From Candidatus Omnitrophota bacterium (GTDB taxonomy: Bacteria; Omnitrophota; Gorgyraeia; Aquiviventales; Aquiviventaceae), in assembly GCA_016180575.1 (NCBI GenBank), contig JACPAY010000005.1, forward strand, positions 3,234 to 67,233: a stretch of 64,000 bases of DNA, written 5' to 3'. Below the pieces are notes generated by a model, which had not been told where the DNA came from, did no database searches, and saw only the letters and a list, made by a program, of their open reading frames with translations. Position 1 is the stretch's first letter. Every line of letters starts with the position of its first letter. A program made the translations under genes and the position numbers. Below are positions 45,874-54,656 of this stretch, piece by piece.

Positions 45874-46311
45874 TCATCGGCCCGCCGCTTGCAGCTGGCC
45901 CCGGAGCTTGGTGACGACCTCGTGGAACGCCGCCAGCTCGTGCGGCTCGAGCGAGACGAGCGCCTCCTCCCACCGGCGGCGGACAACCTGTTCAAAGTCC
46001 TGGAAGAACGCCCGCCCCTTGGGCGTCAGCTCGACGAGGACCTGCCGCCGGTCGTCGGCCTGCGGGACGCGCCGGACGAAGCCCGACCGGACGAGGCGCT
46101 CGACGATCCCGCTCGCCGTCGGCATGGTGACATGGAGGTTCCGGGCGAGCGTCCCCATGGGGCACCGGGTGTAGGCCCGGATGGCCCCCATCACGAGGAA
46201 CTGCGTCTGGGTCACGCCCCGCCGGACGAAAAACTCCAGCTGAATGCCCCGCAGGATGTGGGGCATCAGCCGGGCGACCCCCAGGCTGACGTCTTTCCGT
46301 GTCAGGCGCAT
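45874..46311 (-). CDS. MarR family transcriptional regulator
   Basis: Winged-helix pattern TQTQFLVMGAI...LARNLHVTMPTASGIVERLV..GFV.R..D..DRR. Confidence 0.85.
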   Translation of the reverse strand: MRLTRKDVSLGVARLMPHILRGIQLEFFVRRGVTQTQFLVMGAIRAYTRCPMGTLARNLHVTMPTASGIVERLVRSGFVRRVPQADDRRQVLVELTPKGRAFFQDFEQVVRRRWEEALVSLEPHELAAFHEVVTKLRGQLQAAGR

Positions 46312-46332
46312 ATTAGCTAAATATTAGCTTAT
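46311..46332. promoter_or_regulatory. Candidate MarR operator
   Basis: attagctaaatattagcttata: direct ATTAGCT repeat containing the palindrome TTAGCTAA, abutting the marR start. Confidence 0.35.
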
Positions 46333-46357
46333 ACAAACTAATTCGTCAAGGCGCCCA

Positions 46358-46385
46358 GAAAAAATAGGAACCGGTACCGTTTTTC
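46358..46385. repeat. Family A palindrome copy A5
   Basis: gaaaaaataggaaccggtaccgtttttc, in the marR / IMPase divergent region directly upstream of TACAAT. Confidence 0.8.
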
Positions 46386-46387
46386 AG

Positions 46388-46393
46388 TACAAT
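46388..46393 (+). promoter_or_regulatory. -10 box TACAAT 6 nt before the IMPase ATG (leaderless-type)
   Basis: cagtacaatagcggcATG, immediately after element A5. Confidence 0.4.
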
Positions 46394-46399
46394 AGCGGC

Positions 46400-47188
46400 A
46401 TGGGCAGCCAACGGGCGTTGCTGGGCTGGGTCGAGCGCCAGGTCCTCGCCTGCCGGCCGATCGCCCTGCGGCACTTCCGCTCCCGGGCGCTCCGCGTCGA
46501 GCGCAAGAGCGACCGGTCGCCCGTGACCGCCGCGGACCGGGCCATCGAAGCGCGGCTGCGGCGGGCGCTCGCGCGGGCCTGTCCGGGGGAGAGCATCGTC
46601 GGGGAGGAGTTCGGGCGCACAGGGCGCGATCGCGCCACCTTCTGGACGCTCGACCCCATCGACGGGACCCGGGCGTTCTCCCGCGGCCTGCCGTCCTGGG
46701 GCATCATGGTCGGCCGGGTGGAGCGCGGGCGGCCCGCCTTGGGCCTCATCGACTTTCCCGCCGTCGGGGTGACCATCGGCGTGGCGCCGGGGGTGGCGGC
46801 GTATGAGCGGGGCAGGGGCGGGACGAGCCGGCTGCCTCGCCCGAGGGCCGTGCGGTCGCTGCGGGAGGCGGTGATTTTCCACGGCGGTGCGCACTGGTGG
46901 CAATCCACGCGGTATGCCGCCGGGTTTGTCCGGGTCGCGCGCGCCTGCTTCCTCGAGCGCGCCTACGGGGACTGCTATGGGTACCTGTGGGCGCTGCGCG
47001 GCGGCGCGGACGCGGTGCTCGATTACGGGGTCAAGGTCTGGGACCTGGTGCCGCTGGCCGCGCTGGCCCGGGCGACGGGCCGCGCGCTGACCGACTGCCG
47101 CGGCCGCCCTTCCTGGACCGGGCCGGACTCCATCTTCGCCTCGCCACCCCTTGCCCGCCTCATCGCCAGCACGCTCAGGCATGCCTGA
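46400..47188 (+). CDS. Inositol monophosphatase family protein
   Basis: SPVTAADRAIE, WTLDPIDGT and WDLVPLAAL motifs. Confidence 0.8.
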   Translation: MGSQRALLGWVERQVLACRPIALRHFRSRALRVERKSDRSPVTAADRAIEARLRRALARACPGESIVGEEFGRTGRDRATFWTLDPIDGTRAFSRGLPSWGIMVGRVERGRPALGLIDFPAVGVTIGVAPGVAAYERGRGGTSRLPRPRAVRSLREAVIFHGGAHWWQSTRYAAGFVRVARACFLERAYGDCYGYLWALRGGADAVLDYGVKVWDLVPLAALARATGRALTDCRGRPSWTGPDSIFASPPLARLIASTLRHA

Positions 47189-48491
47189 GTTCGCCTTCCC
47201 GGACGGCTTCCTCTGGGGCAGCGCCACCTCCGCCCACCAGGTCGAGGGGGACAACGTCCACAGCGACTGGTGGGCGTGGGAGCAGGCCGGCCGCGTGAAG
47301 GAGCCCTCCGGGCTCGCCTGCGACCACTACCGGCGCTTCGCGCAGGATTTCGACCTCGCAGCGGAGCTGGGACACAACGCGCACCGCTTCTCGGTTGAGT
47401 GGAGCCGCCTCGAGCCCGCGGAGGGCCGGTGGGACGAGGCGGCGCTTGCGCACTACGTCGAGGTGGTGCGCGCGCTCCGCGCGCGGCGCCTGGAGCCGAT
47501 CGTGACGCTCCACCACTTCACCACCCCCCAATGGTTCGCCTTGCGGGGCGGATGGGTGCGGCCGGACTCGGTGGAGGCCTTCGCGCGGTATGTCCGCCGG
47601 GTCGCCGCGGCGCTGGGCGATTCGGTCCGGTACTGGGTCACCATCAACGAGCCGATGGTCTATGTCCGGATGCATTACATTCAGGGATTGGGCCCGCCCG
47701 GCGCCCGCGACCTCCCGCAGGCGCTCCGCGTCATCGAGCATCTCATCCGCGCCCACGCGGCCGCCTACCGCGTGCTGCACGGCGCGCGCCGCGGGCCAGG
47801 CCCGGCCCCGCAGGTCAGCGTCGCCCATCACGCCCCCGCCTTCGGGCCGTGCCGGCGGTGGTGGCCGCCGGACCGCTGGATGGCCGCGCGGACCGACCGC
47901 GTGTTCAACTGGGCGCTCCTCGAGGCGCTGACCGAGGGCCGGTGGGTCGTGCCCGGAGTGGGGAAGTGGCGCATCCCGGAGGCCGCAGCGACGCTCGACT
48001 ATGTCGGCGTGAACTTCTACGGGCGGCAGTTCATCCAGTGGGCCCCCGCGGCGGGCGCGTGGCCCGGCGCGAGCTGCGACCTGGGACACCATCCGCGGGA
48101 GGTCACCGAGCGCACCTCGTACGGCTGGGATGTGCACCCGGCCTCCTTCGTGCAGGTCCTCTCGCGCATCGGGCGGATGGGGCGGCCGATCCTCGTGACG
48201 GAAAACGGCACCTACATGCAGGACGACGCCAGGCGCTGGGACTTCATCCTGCGCCACGTGCAGGCGATGGCGCGCGCGTTCCAGCAGGGCGCGCGGATCA
48301 TCGGCTACTGCTACTGGTCGCTCCTCGACAACTTTGAGTGGGCGGATGGGTTCGGCCCGCGCTTCGGCCTGGCGGAGGTGGACTACGCGACCCAGCGGCG
48401 GACCATCCGAGACAGCGGCCGCCGGTACGCGGAGATCTGCCGCGCCAACCGCGTGGAAATCGGGGACATGGAAATCGGGGACAGCCACTAA
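47181..48491 (+). CDS. GH1 beta-glucosidase
   Basis: FLWGSATSAHQVEG, TINEP (acid/base) and VTENG (nucleophile) motifs. The last ~10 codons and the stop are encoded by element C3. Confidence 0.85.
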   Translation: MPEFAFPDGFLWGSATSAHQVEGDNVHSDWWAWEQAGRVKEPSGLACDHYRRFAQDFDLAAELGHNAHRFSVEWSRLEPAEGRWDEAALAHYVEVVRALRARRLEPIVTLHHFTTPQWFALRGGWVRPDSVEAFARYVRRVAAALGDSVRYWVTINEPMVYVRMHYIQGLGPPGARDLPQALRVIEHLIRAHAAAYRVLHGARRGPGPAPQVSVAHHAPAFGPCRRWWPPDRWMAARTDRVFNWALLEALTEGRWVVPGVGKWRIPEAAATLDYVGVNFYGRQFIQWAPAAGAWPGASCDLGHHPREVTERTSYGWDVHPASFVQVLSRIGRMGRPILVTENGTYMQDDARRWDFILRHVQAMARAFQQGARIIGYCYWSLLDNFEWADGFGPRFGLAEVDYATQRRTIRDSGRRYAEICRANRVEIGDMEIGDSH

Positions 48492-48544
48492 TTTGCGAAT
48501 GGGAACAATTGTGTCCAGGCTTAAATTAGTGGCTGTCCCCGATT
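48455..48544. repeat. Family C inverted repeat copy C3 with 15-nt tandem duplication of the left end
   Basis: ggaaatcggggacat/ggaaatcggggacagccactaattt ... aaattagtggctgtccccgatt. Confidence 0.85.
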
Positions 48545-48548
48545 GTTG

Positions 48549-49392
48549 ATGCGGGCGTTGGTGCTGGGGGCGACCGGGCATATCGGGCTGCCCCTGGGTG
48601 TTCCATGCCGCTGGCTACTATCCCCGGTTTCGAGAGCGGCGCAAGGAGGCCATCGAGCGGGGCCTCCGGTCCACGCGCCGTCTCCTCGAGCAGCTCCGGC
48701 GGATGGGCCCCGCGCGCATCGTCTTCACGAGCAGCGCAGCCACCATCCGGCGCGTGCCCGGGCGGCCGGCGACCGAAGCGGACGCCGAGCCCTGGCCGCC
48801 GGCCGAGTGGCGGCCGCTCTACGCGACGGTCAAACTCGCGATGGAGCACGAGGTGCTGGAGGCCTGCCGGGGCGGGCTGCCCGCCGTCGTGGTGAACCCC
48901 AGCCTCTGCGTCGGGGAGTACGACGCGCGGCCCTTCTCCGGCCGGGCCGTCCTGGCATTCGCCCGGCCCGGCATCCCGGTCTACGTGCGGCACACCTTCA
49001 ACGCGGTCTACACCGGCGACGTCGCCATTGGGCACCTCCGCGCGGCCGAGCGGGGGCGTCTCGGCGAGCGCTATCTCCTCGTCGGCCGCAACGTGACCCT
49101 GCGGGAGTTCGCAACGCTCGTCGCCCGGGCGGCCGACGTGTGCCCGCCGCGGTGGCGCGTCCCGTACGGCCTCGTGTGGGCCGCGGCCGTCTCGACGGAG
49201 GCCGCCGCCTGGCTGGCGCGCACCGAGCCGTTGCTGCCGCGGGGTGCTGTCCACTCGCTGCGGATGGGACAGCTGCTGGATGGGACGAAGGCGCTGCGGG
49301 AGCTCGCGCTGCCCCAGACGCCGCTTGAGGAAGCCATCCGGCGGGCGCTTGCGTGGTTTAAGTTGCTTCCTTCCGGTATCAGATACCGGTAA
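48549..49392 (+). pseudogene. NAD-dependent epimerase/dehydratase with internal deletion and frameshift
   Basis: MRALVLGATGHIG Rossmann start (frame of 48549) is joined after ~16 codons to VFHAAGYY... (frame of 48598). About 50 residues normally between these motifs are missing. Confidence 0.7.
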
Positions 49393-49427
49393 AATAAACG
49401 GGTTAGTAGGCCGGTATCTGATACCGG
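49373..49427. repeat. Family B inverted repeat copy B3
   Basis: ccggtatcagataccgg ... ccggtatctgataccgg. Encodes the last codons (GIRYR) and the stop of the epimerase pseudogene. Confidence 0.85.
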
Positions 49428-49441
49428 AACGGGAGGCGCTC

Positions 49442-49771
49442 ATGCGATACGTGATGGCCGGGTTCGCCTTGGTGCTGGCGGTCGGCTGGCCGGCCGGGGC
49501 GGAGGCGCGCGACAAGCCTGTCGAAGAGCTGACGCAGGACATGTGGACGCTCGCGTTCGCATGGACCGAGCCGATCAAGCACGTGGTCAAGGAAACGCGC
49601 CGGTTCGACCCGGTGAGCGGCTTCTGGTTTGGATTGCTCGAGGGGTCCATCAAGTCGTTCGAACGGACGGCCGCAGTCTTCTTCCCGCCGCCGCAGGAGG
49701 CGCCGGAGGAGCAGCCGGGCGGGCCGAAACACGAGCCGCTCGAAGAGCCGCTCCTGCGCTACACCTTCTGA
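49442..49771 (+). CDS. Small secreted hypothetical protein (possibly TIGR04073-like)
   Basis: Signal peptide ending AGAEA. AWTEPIKHVVKE...GLLEGSIKSFERTAA is reminiscent of the 23739-24110 product. Confidence 0.45.
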   Translation: MRYVMAGFALVLAVGWPAGAEARDKPVEELTQDMWTLAFAWTEPIKHVVKETRRFDPVSGFWFGLLEGSIKSFERTAAVFFPPPQEAPEEQPGGPKHEPLEEPLLRYTF

Positions 49772-49775
49772 CGCG

Positions 49776-50990
49776 ATGGCCGATTGGCTGAACGGCGTGC
49801 TGAGCCAGCACGGCCTCTGGTGGGGGCTGCCCGCCGTCTTCCTCGTGGGGCTCTCCCTCAACCTCACGCCATGCGTCTACCCCATGATCCCGGTGACCTT
49901 CGCCTTCTTCAGCAGCCAGGCCGCAGGCTCGCTGGGGCGAGCCGCGCGGCTCGCGGGCTGCTACGTCCTGGGGGTCGCGCTGATGTACGCGGCGCTCGGG
50001 CTTGCTGCGGCAAAAACCGGCGCGCTCTTCGGATCCTGGCTGCAGCACCCCGCCGTGCTGGCGGCCCTTGCCGCCGTCATCGTCGCGCTCGCCCTCAGCA
50101 TGTTCGGCCTGTATGAGCTGCGGCCCCCGCGCGCATTGATCCGCCGGCTCGGCACGGCCTCGGCCGGGGCCTGGGGCGCCTTTCTCATGGGCGCGGTGGT
50201 CGGCCTCGTGGCCGCGCCGTGCATCGGGCCGGTCGTCTTGAGCCTCCTCCTGTTGGTGAGCCAATTGGGCGATCCGTTCGCCGGGTTCCTCCTCTTTCTC
50301 GTCATGGGGTTGGGGATGGGCGCGCCGTACGTCGCGCTCGGGGTCGCGGCGGACCGGGTCGGGCAGCTGCCCAAGGCGGGCGCGTGGCTCGTCTGGAGCA
50401 AGAAGGCGCTCGGCCTGCTCCTGCTCGGCCTTGCGCTCTTCTTCCTCAAGCCGCTGCTGCCCGGACAGGCGCCGCGGCTCTTGGGGGCCGCGTTGCTGGC
50501 GGGCGGCGGGATGTACCTCGGGTGGCTTGAGCGCAGCCGCGGACGGCGGGCGGCCTTCACCCGCGTGCGCCGGGTGGTCGGGGGGCTGCTCATCGCAGCG
50601 GCGCTCGTGATGGCAGTGCCGCGGCCCCGACTGGCATCGCCGGTCGCCTGGATCCCCTACACCGCGGCGTCGCTGGAAGAGGCCCAGCGGAGCGGCCGGC
50701 CGATCCTCATCGACATTTACGCGGATTGGTGCATCCCCTGTGTTGAGATGGAGCACGTCACGTTCCGGGATCCCACCGTCGCGCAGGCGCTGCAGTCGGT
50801 GGCGACGCTGCGGGTGGACGCGACGCGGGGGGTGTCGAAGGAGGCGGAGCGGTTCCTTTCGCGCCACCGCGTTTACGGCGCGCCGACGATGCTGTTCTTC
50901 GACCGGACCGGTCATGAGCGGGAGGACCTGCGGCTGCTGGGGTTCGCGGCGCCCGACGAATTCCTCGAGCGGCTGCAGCAGGTGTTGTGA
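49776..50990 (+). CDS. dsbD: DsbD/CcdA-type thiol:disulfide interchange protein with C-terminal thioredoxin domain
   Basis: LNLTPCVYPMIP and AAPCIGP membrane Cys motifs plus a WCIPC thioredoxin motif. Confidence 0.8.
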   Translation: MADWLNGVLSQHGLWWGLPAVFLVGLSLNLTPCVYPMIPVTFAFFSSQAAGSLGRAARLAGCYVLGVALMYAALGLAAAKTGALFGSWLQHPAVLAALAAVIVALALSMFGLYELRPPRALIRRLGTASAGAWGAFLMGAVVGLVAAPCIGPVVLSLLLLVSQLGDPFAGFLLFLVMGLGMGAPYVALGVAADRVGQLPKAGAWLVWSKKALGLLLLGLALFFLKPLLPGQAPRLLGAALLAGGGMYLGWLERSRGRRAAFTRVRRVVGGLLIAAALVMAVPRPRLASPVAWIPYTAASLEEAQRSGRPILIDIYADWCIPCVEMEHVTFRDPTVAQALQSVATLRVDATRGVSKEAERFLSRHRVYGAPTMLFFDRTGHEREDLRLLGFAAPDEFLERLQQVL

Positions 50991-51004
50991 GCGGCCAAGG
51001 TGCT

Positions 51005-51116
51005 GTCTCAATTTGGCGGGTCCTGCCGCGCCGCCACCCCGCCGGCTGTCCTCGGCCTCCTGGCCTGCGGGCAGGCGGCGGGGGCCTCGGCTCCGCGTCA
51101 CCCGCCAAATTGAGAC
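51005..51116 (-). mobile_element. Family E MITE-like element copy E2 (inverted relative to E1)
   Basis: TIRs at 51005-51020 and 51101-51116. The reverse complement of the core aligns with the E1 and E3 cores. Confidence 0.85.
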
Positions 51117-51220
51117 ACGACCGCGGCCAAACCGGGGTTGAACGCCGTGCGGGGCTCTGCTAAACTGAACATGTGAACTCGGTCGCGACTTTGGGTGCGG
51201 AACGGACAGGGAGGTGCGGG

Positions 51221-51724
51221 ATGTGGGGTGGTCGTGTGCTGGCGCTGGTCGCCGTGGCCGCGCTCGCGAGCGGGTGCGCGGGGGCGCGGACGAGCCAGGA
51301 GCTGGCGCGGTTGCAATCGCAGGTCGGACTGTTAGATGAGCGCATGACGCAGCTTGAGCGTTCGGGCGTGGGCGGCGCCTTCACGACGGGCTCGTTCATC
51401 GAGCCGGGCGCGGATGCGGGGACGACCGTCACGAGCGCGGCGCCGGCGAAGAAGTCGTCGGCCGGCAAGAGCGCCGGGACGCCGTCGGCGGCGAAGCCCA
51501 CGACGCGCCAGATCCAGCAGGCGCTCAAGAACGCCGGCTTTTACCAGGGGACCGTGGACGGCAAGAGCGGCCCGATGACCAAGGACGCGGTCAAAGAATT
51601 TCAGCGCGTGCACGGCTTGGTCGATGACGGCGTCGTCGGGAAGCAGACCTGGACGAAGCTCAAGGCGTACGCCGACCTCTCCGCCGCCGGCGACGAGCTC
51701 AACGCCGCTGAGCCCCTGAAGTAA
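51221..51724 (+). CDS. Lipoprotein with peptidoglycan-binding (PG_binding_1) domain
   Basis: Lipobox LASGC. IQQALKNAGFYQGTVDGKSGPMTKDAVKEFQ PG-binding motif. Confidence 0.7.
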   Translation: MWGGRVLALVAVAALASGCAGARTSQELARLQSQVGLLDERMTQLERSGVGGAFTTGSFIEPGADAGTTVTSAAPAKKSSAGKSAGTPSAAKPTTRQIQQALKNAGFYQGTVDGKSGPMTKDAVKEFQRVHGLVDDGVVGKQTWTKLKAYADLSAAGDELNAAEPLK

Positions 51725-51740
51725 CCCCCGCGCGGGCGTC

Positions 51741-52490
51741 ATGCTCCGTGCGAGCGGGAATGCGCGGCGGTCATGGGCGCGAGCGGCGGTGGCCATCGCC
51801 GCCGTCGCGACGGCCGCAGGCTGCACGGGCCGCCGCGTGACCATCCCGCTCATCCCGCCGTTCGTGCCGTCCTCCTCCCCCATGCTCTGGTCGGAGCCCT
51901 TCGACACGCTCAACCCGGAATGGTGGCGCGAAGTGGAAGTCCATGGGCACACGCAGTATGAAGCGGTGCCGCTCGAGGGCCGCCCCTGCCTGCGGGCCTC
52001 GAGCCATCAGGCGGCCTCCATCCTCCTCAGCCCCCTGCGGTTTGACCCGGAGACCTACGAATGGCTGTCCTGGGACTGGCGCGTGGACCGGCTCGTGGAG
52101 GGGGAGGCGCTGGAGCGCAAGGAGGGCTCGGACGCCGCGGCCCGGGTCTATGTCTACTTCGAATCGAAGGGGCTGCCGTGGCAGAAGCGCAACCTCGACT
52201 ACGTCTGGTCGGCCTCGCTGCCGGTGGGCACCGTCCTGACCAGCGCCTACTCCTCGTCCTCCAAGATCATCGTGGCGGAGAGCGGGTCGGCGTCGCTCGG
52301 CCAGTGGCGAACCGTCGAGCGGAATCTCGAAGAGGATTACGAGCGGTGTTTCGGCAAGGGGAGCCTCCCGGAGGTCCTCGCCATCGGCCTCATGAGCGAC
52401 ACCGACAACACCGGCGGGGACGCCCTGGCCTACTTTGACGAGCTGCGCGTCAGCCGCCGGCCGCGCGCCGCGCGCTCCCGCCGCCCCTGA
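51741..52490 (+). CDS. DUF3047 domain protein
   Basis: LSWDWRVD...ARVYVYF...LDYVWS pattern recalled from DUF3047. Lipoprotein-like N-terminus. Confidence 0.6.
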   Translation: MLRASGNARRSWARAAVAIAAVATAAGCTGRRVTIPLIPPFVPSSSPMLWSEPFDTLNPEWWREVEVHGHTQYEAVPLEGRPCLRASSHQAASILLSPLRFDPETYEWLSWDWRVDRLVEGEALERKEGSDAAARVYVYFESKGLPWQKRNLDYVWSASLPVGTVLTSAYSSSSKIIVAESGSASLGQWRTVERNLEEDYERCFGKGSLPEVLAIGLMSDTDNTGGDALAYFDELRVSRRPRAARSRRP

Positions 52491-52491
52491 C

Positions 52492-54237
52492 GTGGAGGAC
52501 CAGCCGGTGCCGGAGACGAACCCCCTCATCCAGACGGCCTCGTGGGGCCGCCACGCCGGCCTCGTGCGGGGGGCCCTCGAACGCCTCAGCGCCCAGCGCG
52601 CCCTGCCGCGGCTCTGGGAGCGCGACGGTTCGCTCTGGAGCGATGAGCCGGCCGTCCAGGCCGCGATCCGCAACCGGCTCGGGTGGCTCTCCATTGCCGG
52701 CGTCATGTCGAAGCAGGTGGACGCCCTGCGCGGGCTTGCGCAGGAGCTCCGCGAGGCCGGCTTCACCCACGCGCTCTTGCTTGGGATGGGCGGCAGCGCC
52801 CTGTTCCCGGAGGTCTGCCGCAAGACATTCGGCGTCGCCCCGGGCCATCCGGACCTGACCGTCCTGGATACCAGCGACCCGGCCGCCATCCGCGCGCACA
52901 GCCGGCACCCGCTCAAGCAGCTCTTCGTCATCGCCTCCAGCAAATCCGGCACGACGAGCGAGACCGCCGCCCTCACCGCCTACTTCTATGACCTGTTCAA
53001 GCAGGGCGGCCTCGACGCCGGCGCCCACTGCCTGGCCATCACCGATGCGGGGACGCCGCTGGAGCGGCAGGCGAGGACGCTCCGGTTCCGGCGCGTCTTT
53101 GCGCACGGCCCCGGCACCGGCGCGGAGGTGGGCGGGCGGTTCTCCGCCCTGACGTATTTCGGCCTGGCGCCCGCATCACTCATCGGGGTTGACGTGGCGC
53201 GGTTGCTGCAGCGGGCCGAGGCCATGTTCACGCGCTGCGGCCCGGAGGCGCCGCCGGAGGGCAATCCGGCGGCCGAGCTGGGGGCGGGGCTCGGCGCGCT
53301 GGTGCAGGCCGGCGTGGACAAAGTCACGCTCTTCTGCGCGCCGGAGCTGGCCGGGTTCGGGGCCTGGGCAGAGCAGCTCATCGCGGAGAACCTCGGCAAG
53401 CAGGGGAAGGGCCTCGTGCCCATCCTCGGCGAGCCTGCGCGCGAGCCATCCTCCTATGCCGACGACCGCGTCTTTGTCGTGCTGGACCTTGCCGCGCGCC
53501 CCGACACGGGACTTGAGGCGGCCGCCGAGGCGCTCGGCACAGCCGGGCACCCGGTGGTCAGGATCCGGTGGAGGGATCCCTACGATGTCGGCGGCGAGGC
53601 GGCCAAATGGTTCGTGGCGTCGGCGCTCATCGGCCACCTCATAGGCATCAACGCCTTCGATGAGCCCAACGTCCAGGAGAGCAAGGACCGCACCAAGGCG
53701 CTGCTGGAGCGGTATGCGCGCGAGCAGCGGTTCCCTGAGGAGGCGCCGGCGTGCTCGGACGCCCAAGTGGACGTCTACGGGACAGCGGAGGCCGGCACCT
53801 CGCTGGCGCAGTGTCTGGGGGCGTTCTTCCGGCGCCGCCGCCCGACCGATTACGTCGCGCTCCTCTCGTTCCTGCCCCGGACCGACGCGCTCGACCATGC
53901 CGTCGTGGCGCTGCGCGAGCGCCTTGCGGCGCGCTCCGGCGCCGCGACGATGCTGGGGTTCGGTCCCCGCTACCTCCATTCGACCGGCCAGCTCTACAAG
54001 GGTGGGCCCGACGGGGGGCTGTTCCTCCTGCTGACGGCCGAGGAGCCCGAGGACCTGCCGATCCCCGGCGAGCCGCACACCTTCGGCGTCCTCAAGCGGG
54101 CGCAGGCGGTGGGCGATTTCGAGGCGCTGCGGCAGCGGGGCCGCCGCATCCTGCGCCTCCACCTCCGCGGCGACCTCGGCCGCGCGATGGAGCAGCTGGC
54201 GCGCGCCCTCGACGCGGCGGCCGCCGAACCGCTCTAG
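52492..54237 (+). CDS. pgi: Glucose-6-phosphate isomerase (PGI domain of the transaldolase/PGI type)
   Basis: LLLGMGGSALFPEV and IASSKSGTTSET SIS motifs. GTG start directly after the upstream stop. Confidence 0.7.
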   Translation: MEDQPVPETNPLIQTASWGRHAGLVRGALERLSAQRALPRLWERDGSLWSDEPAVQAAIRNRLGWLSIAGVMSKQVDALRGLAQELREAGFTHALLLGMGGSALFPEVCRKTFGVAPGHPDLTVLDTSDPAAIRAHSRHPLKQLFVIASSKSGTTSETAALTAYFYDLFKQGGLDAGAHCLAITDAGTPLERQARTLRFRRVFAHGPGTGAEVGGRFSALTYFGLAPASLIGVDVARLLQRAEAMFTRCGPEAPPEGNPAAELGAGLGALVQAGVDKVTLFCAPELAGFGAWAEQLIAENLGKQGKGLVPILGEPAREPSSYADDRVFVVLDLAARPDTGLEAAAEALGTAGHPVVRIRWRDPYDVGGEAAKWFVASALIGHLIGINAFDEPNVQESKDRTKALLERYAREQRFPEEAPACSDAQVDVYGTAEAGTSLAQCLGAFFRRRRPTDYVALLSFLPRTDALDHAVVALRERLAARSGAATMLGFGPRYLHSTGQLYKGGPDGGLFLLLTAEEPEDLPIPGEPHTFGVLKRAQAVGDFEALRQRGRRILRLHLRGDLGRAMEQLARALDAAAAEPL

Positions 54238-54257
54238 CGAGCGGTCCTCGCGTCGGT

Positions 54258-54263
54258 TATAAT
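54258..54263 (+). promoter_or_regulatory. -10 box TATAAT upstream of nuoA
   Basis: ggttataatggacgtgagg; ATG at 54288. Confidence 0.4.
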
Positions 54264-54287
54264 GGACGTGAGGACATCCCTCGTCGC

Positions 54288-54656
54288 ATGTCGGACCTCT
54301 ACTTCCAGCACTATCTCTTTATCGGCGTGCTGACCGCCGTCGCGGTCGCCTTCGGCGTGGCGCCCCTCATCCTGGCCCGGTTCATCGCGCCGCGCAGGCC
54401 CGCGCCGTCCAAGCAGGCCCCTTACGAGTGCGGGATCGAGTCGGCGGGCGATCCCTGGGTCCAGTTCCGCGTGCAGTATTACCTCTACGCCCTGCTCTTC
54501 GTCATCTTCGACGTCGAGGTGGTCTTCATCTACCCCTGGGCGCTCGTCTGGAAGGGCCTCGGGCCGGTCGTGCTCGCCGAGATGGCGCTCTTCCTCGCCA
54601 TCCTCGGCGTGGCGCTTGCGTACGCGTGGAAGAAAGGCGTGCTCGAATGGGAGTAG
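54288..54656 (+). CDS. nuoA: NADH-quinone oxidoreductase subunit A
   Basis: YECGIE and [15 protein letters not shown] motifs. Confidence 0.9.
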   Translation: MSDLYFQHYLFIGVLTAVAVAFGVAPLILARFIAPRRPAPSKQAPYECGIESAGDPWVQFRVQYYLYALLFVIFDVEVVFIYPWALVWKGLGPVVLAEMALFLAILGVALAYAWKKGVLEWE

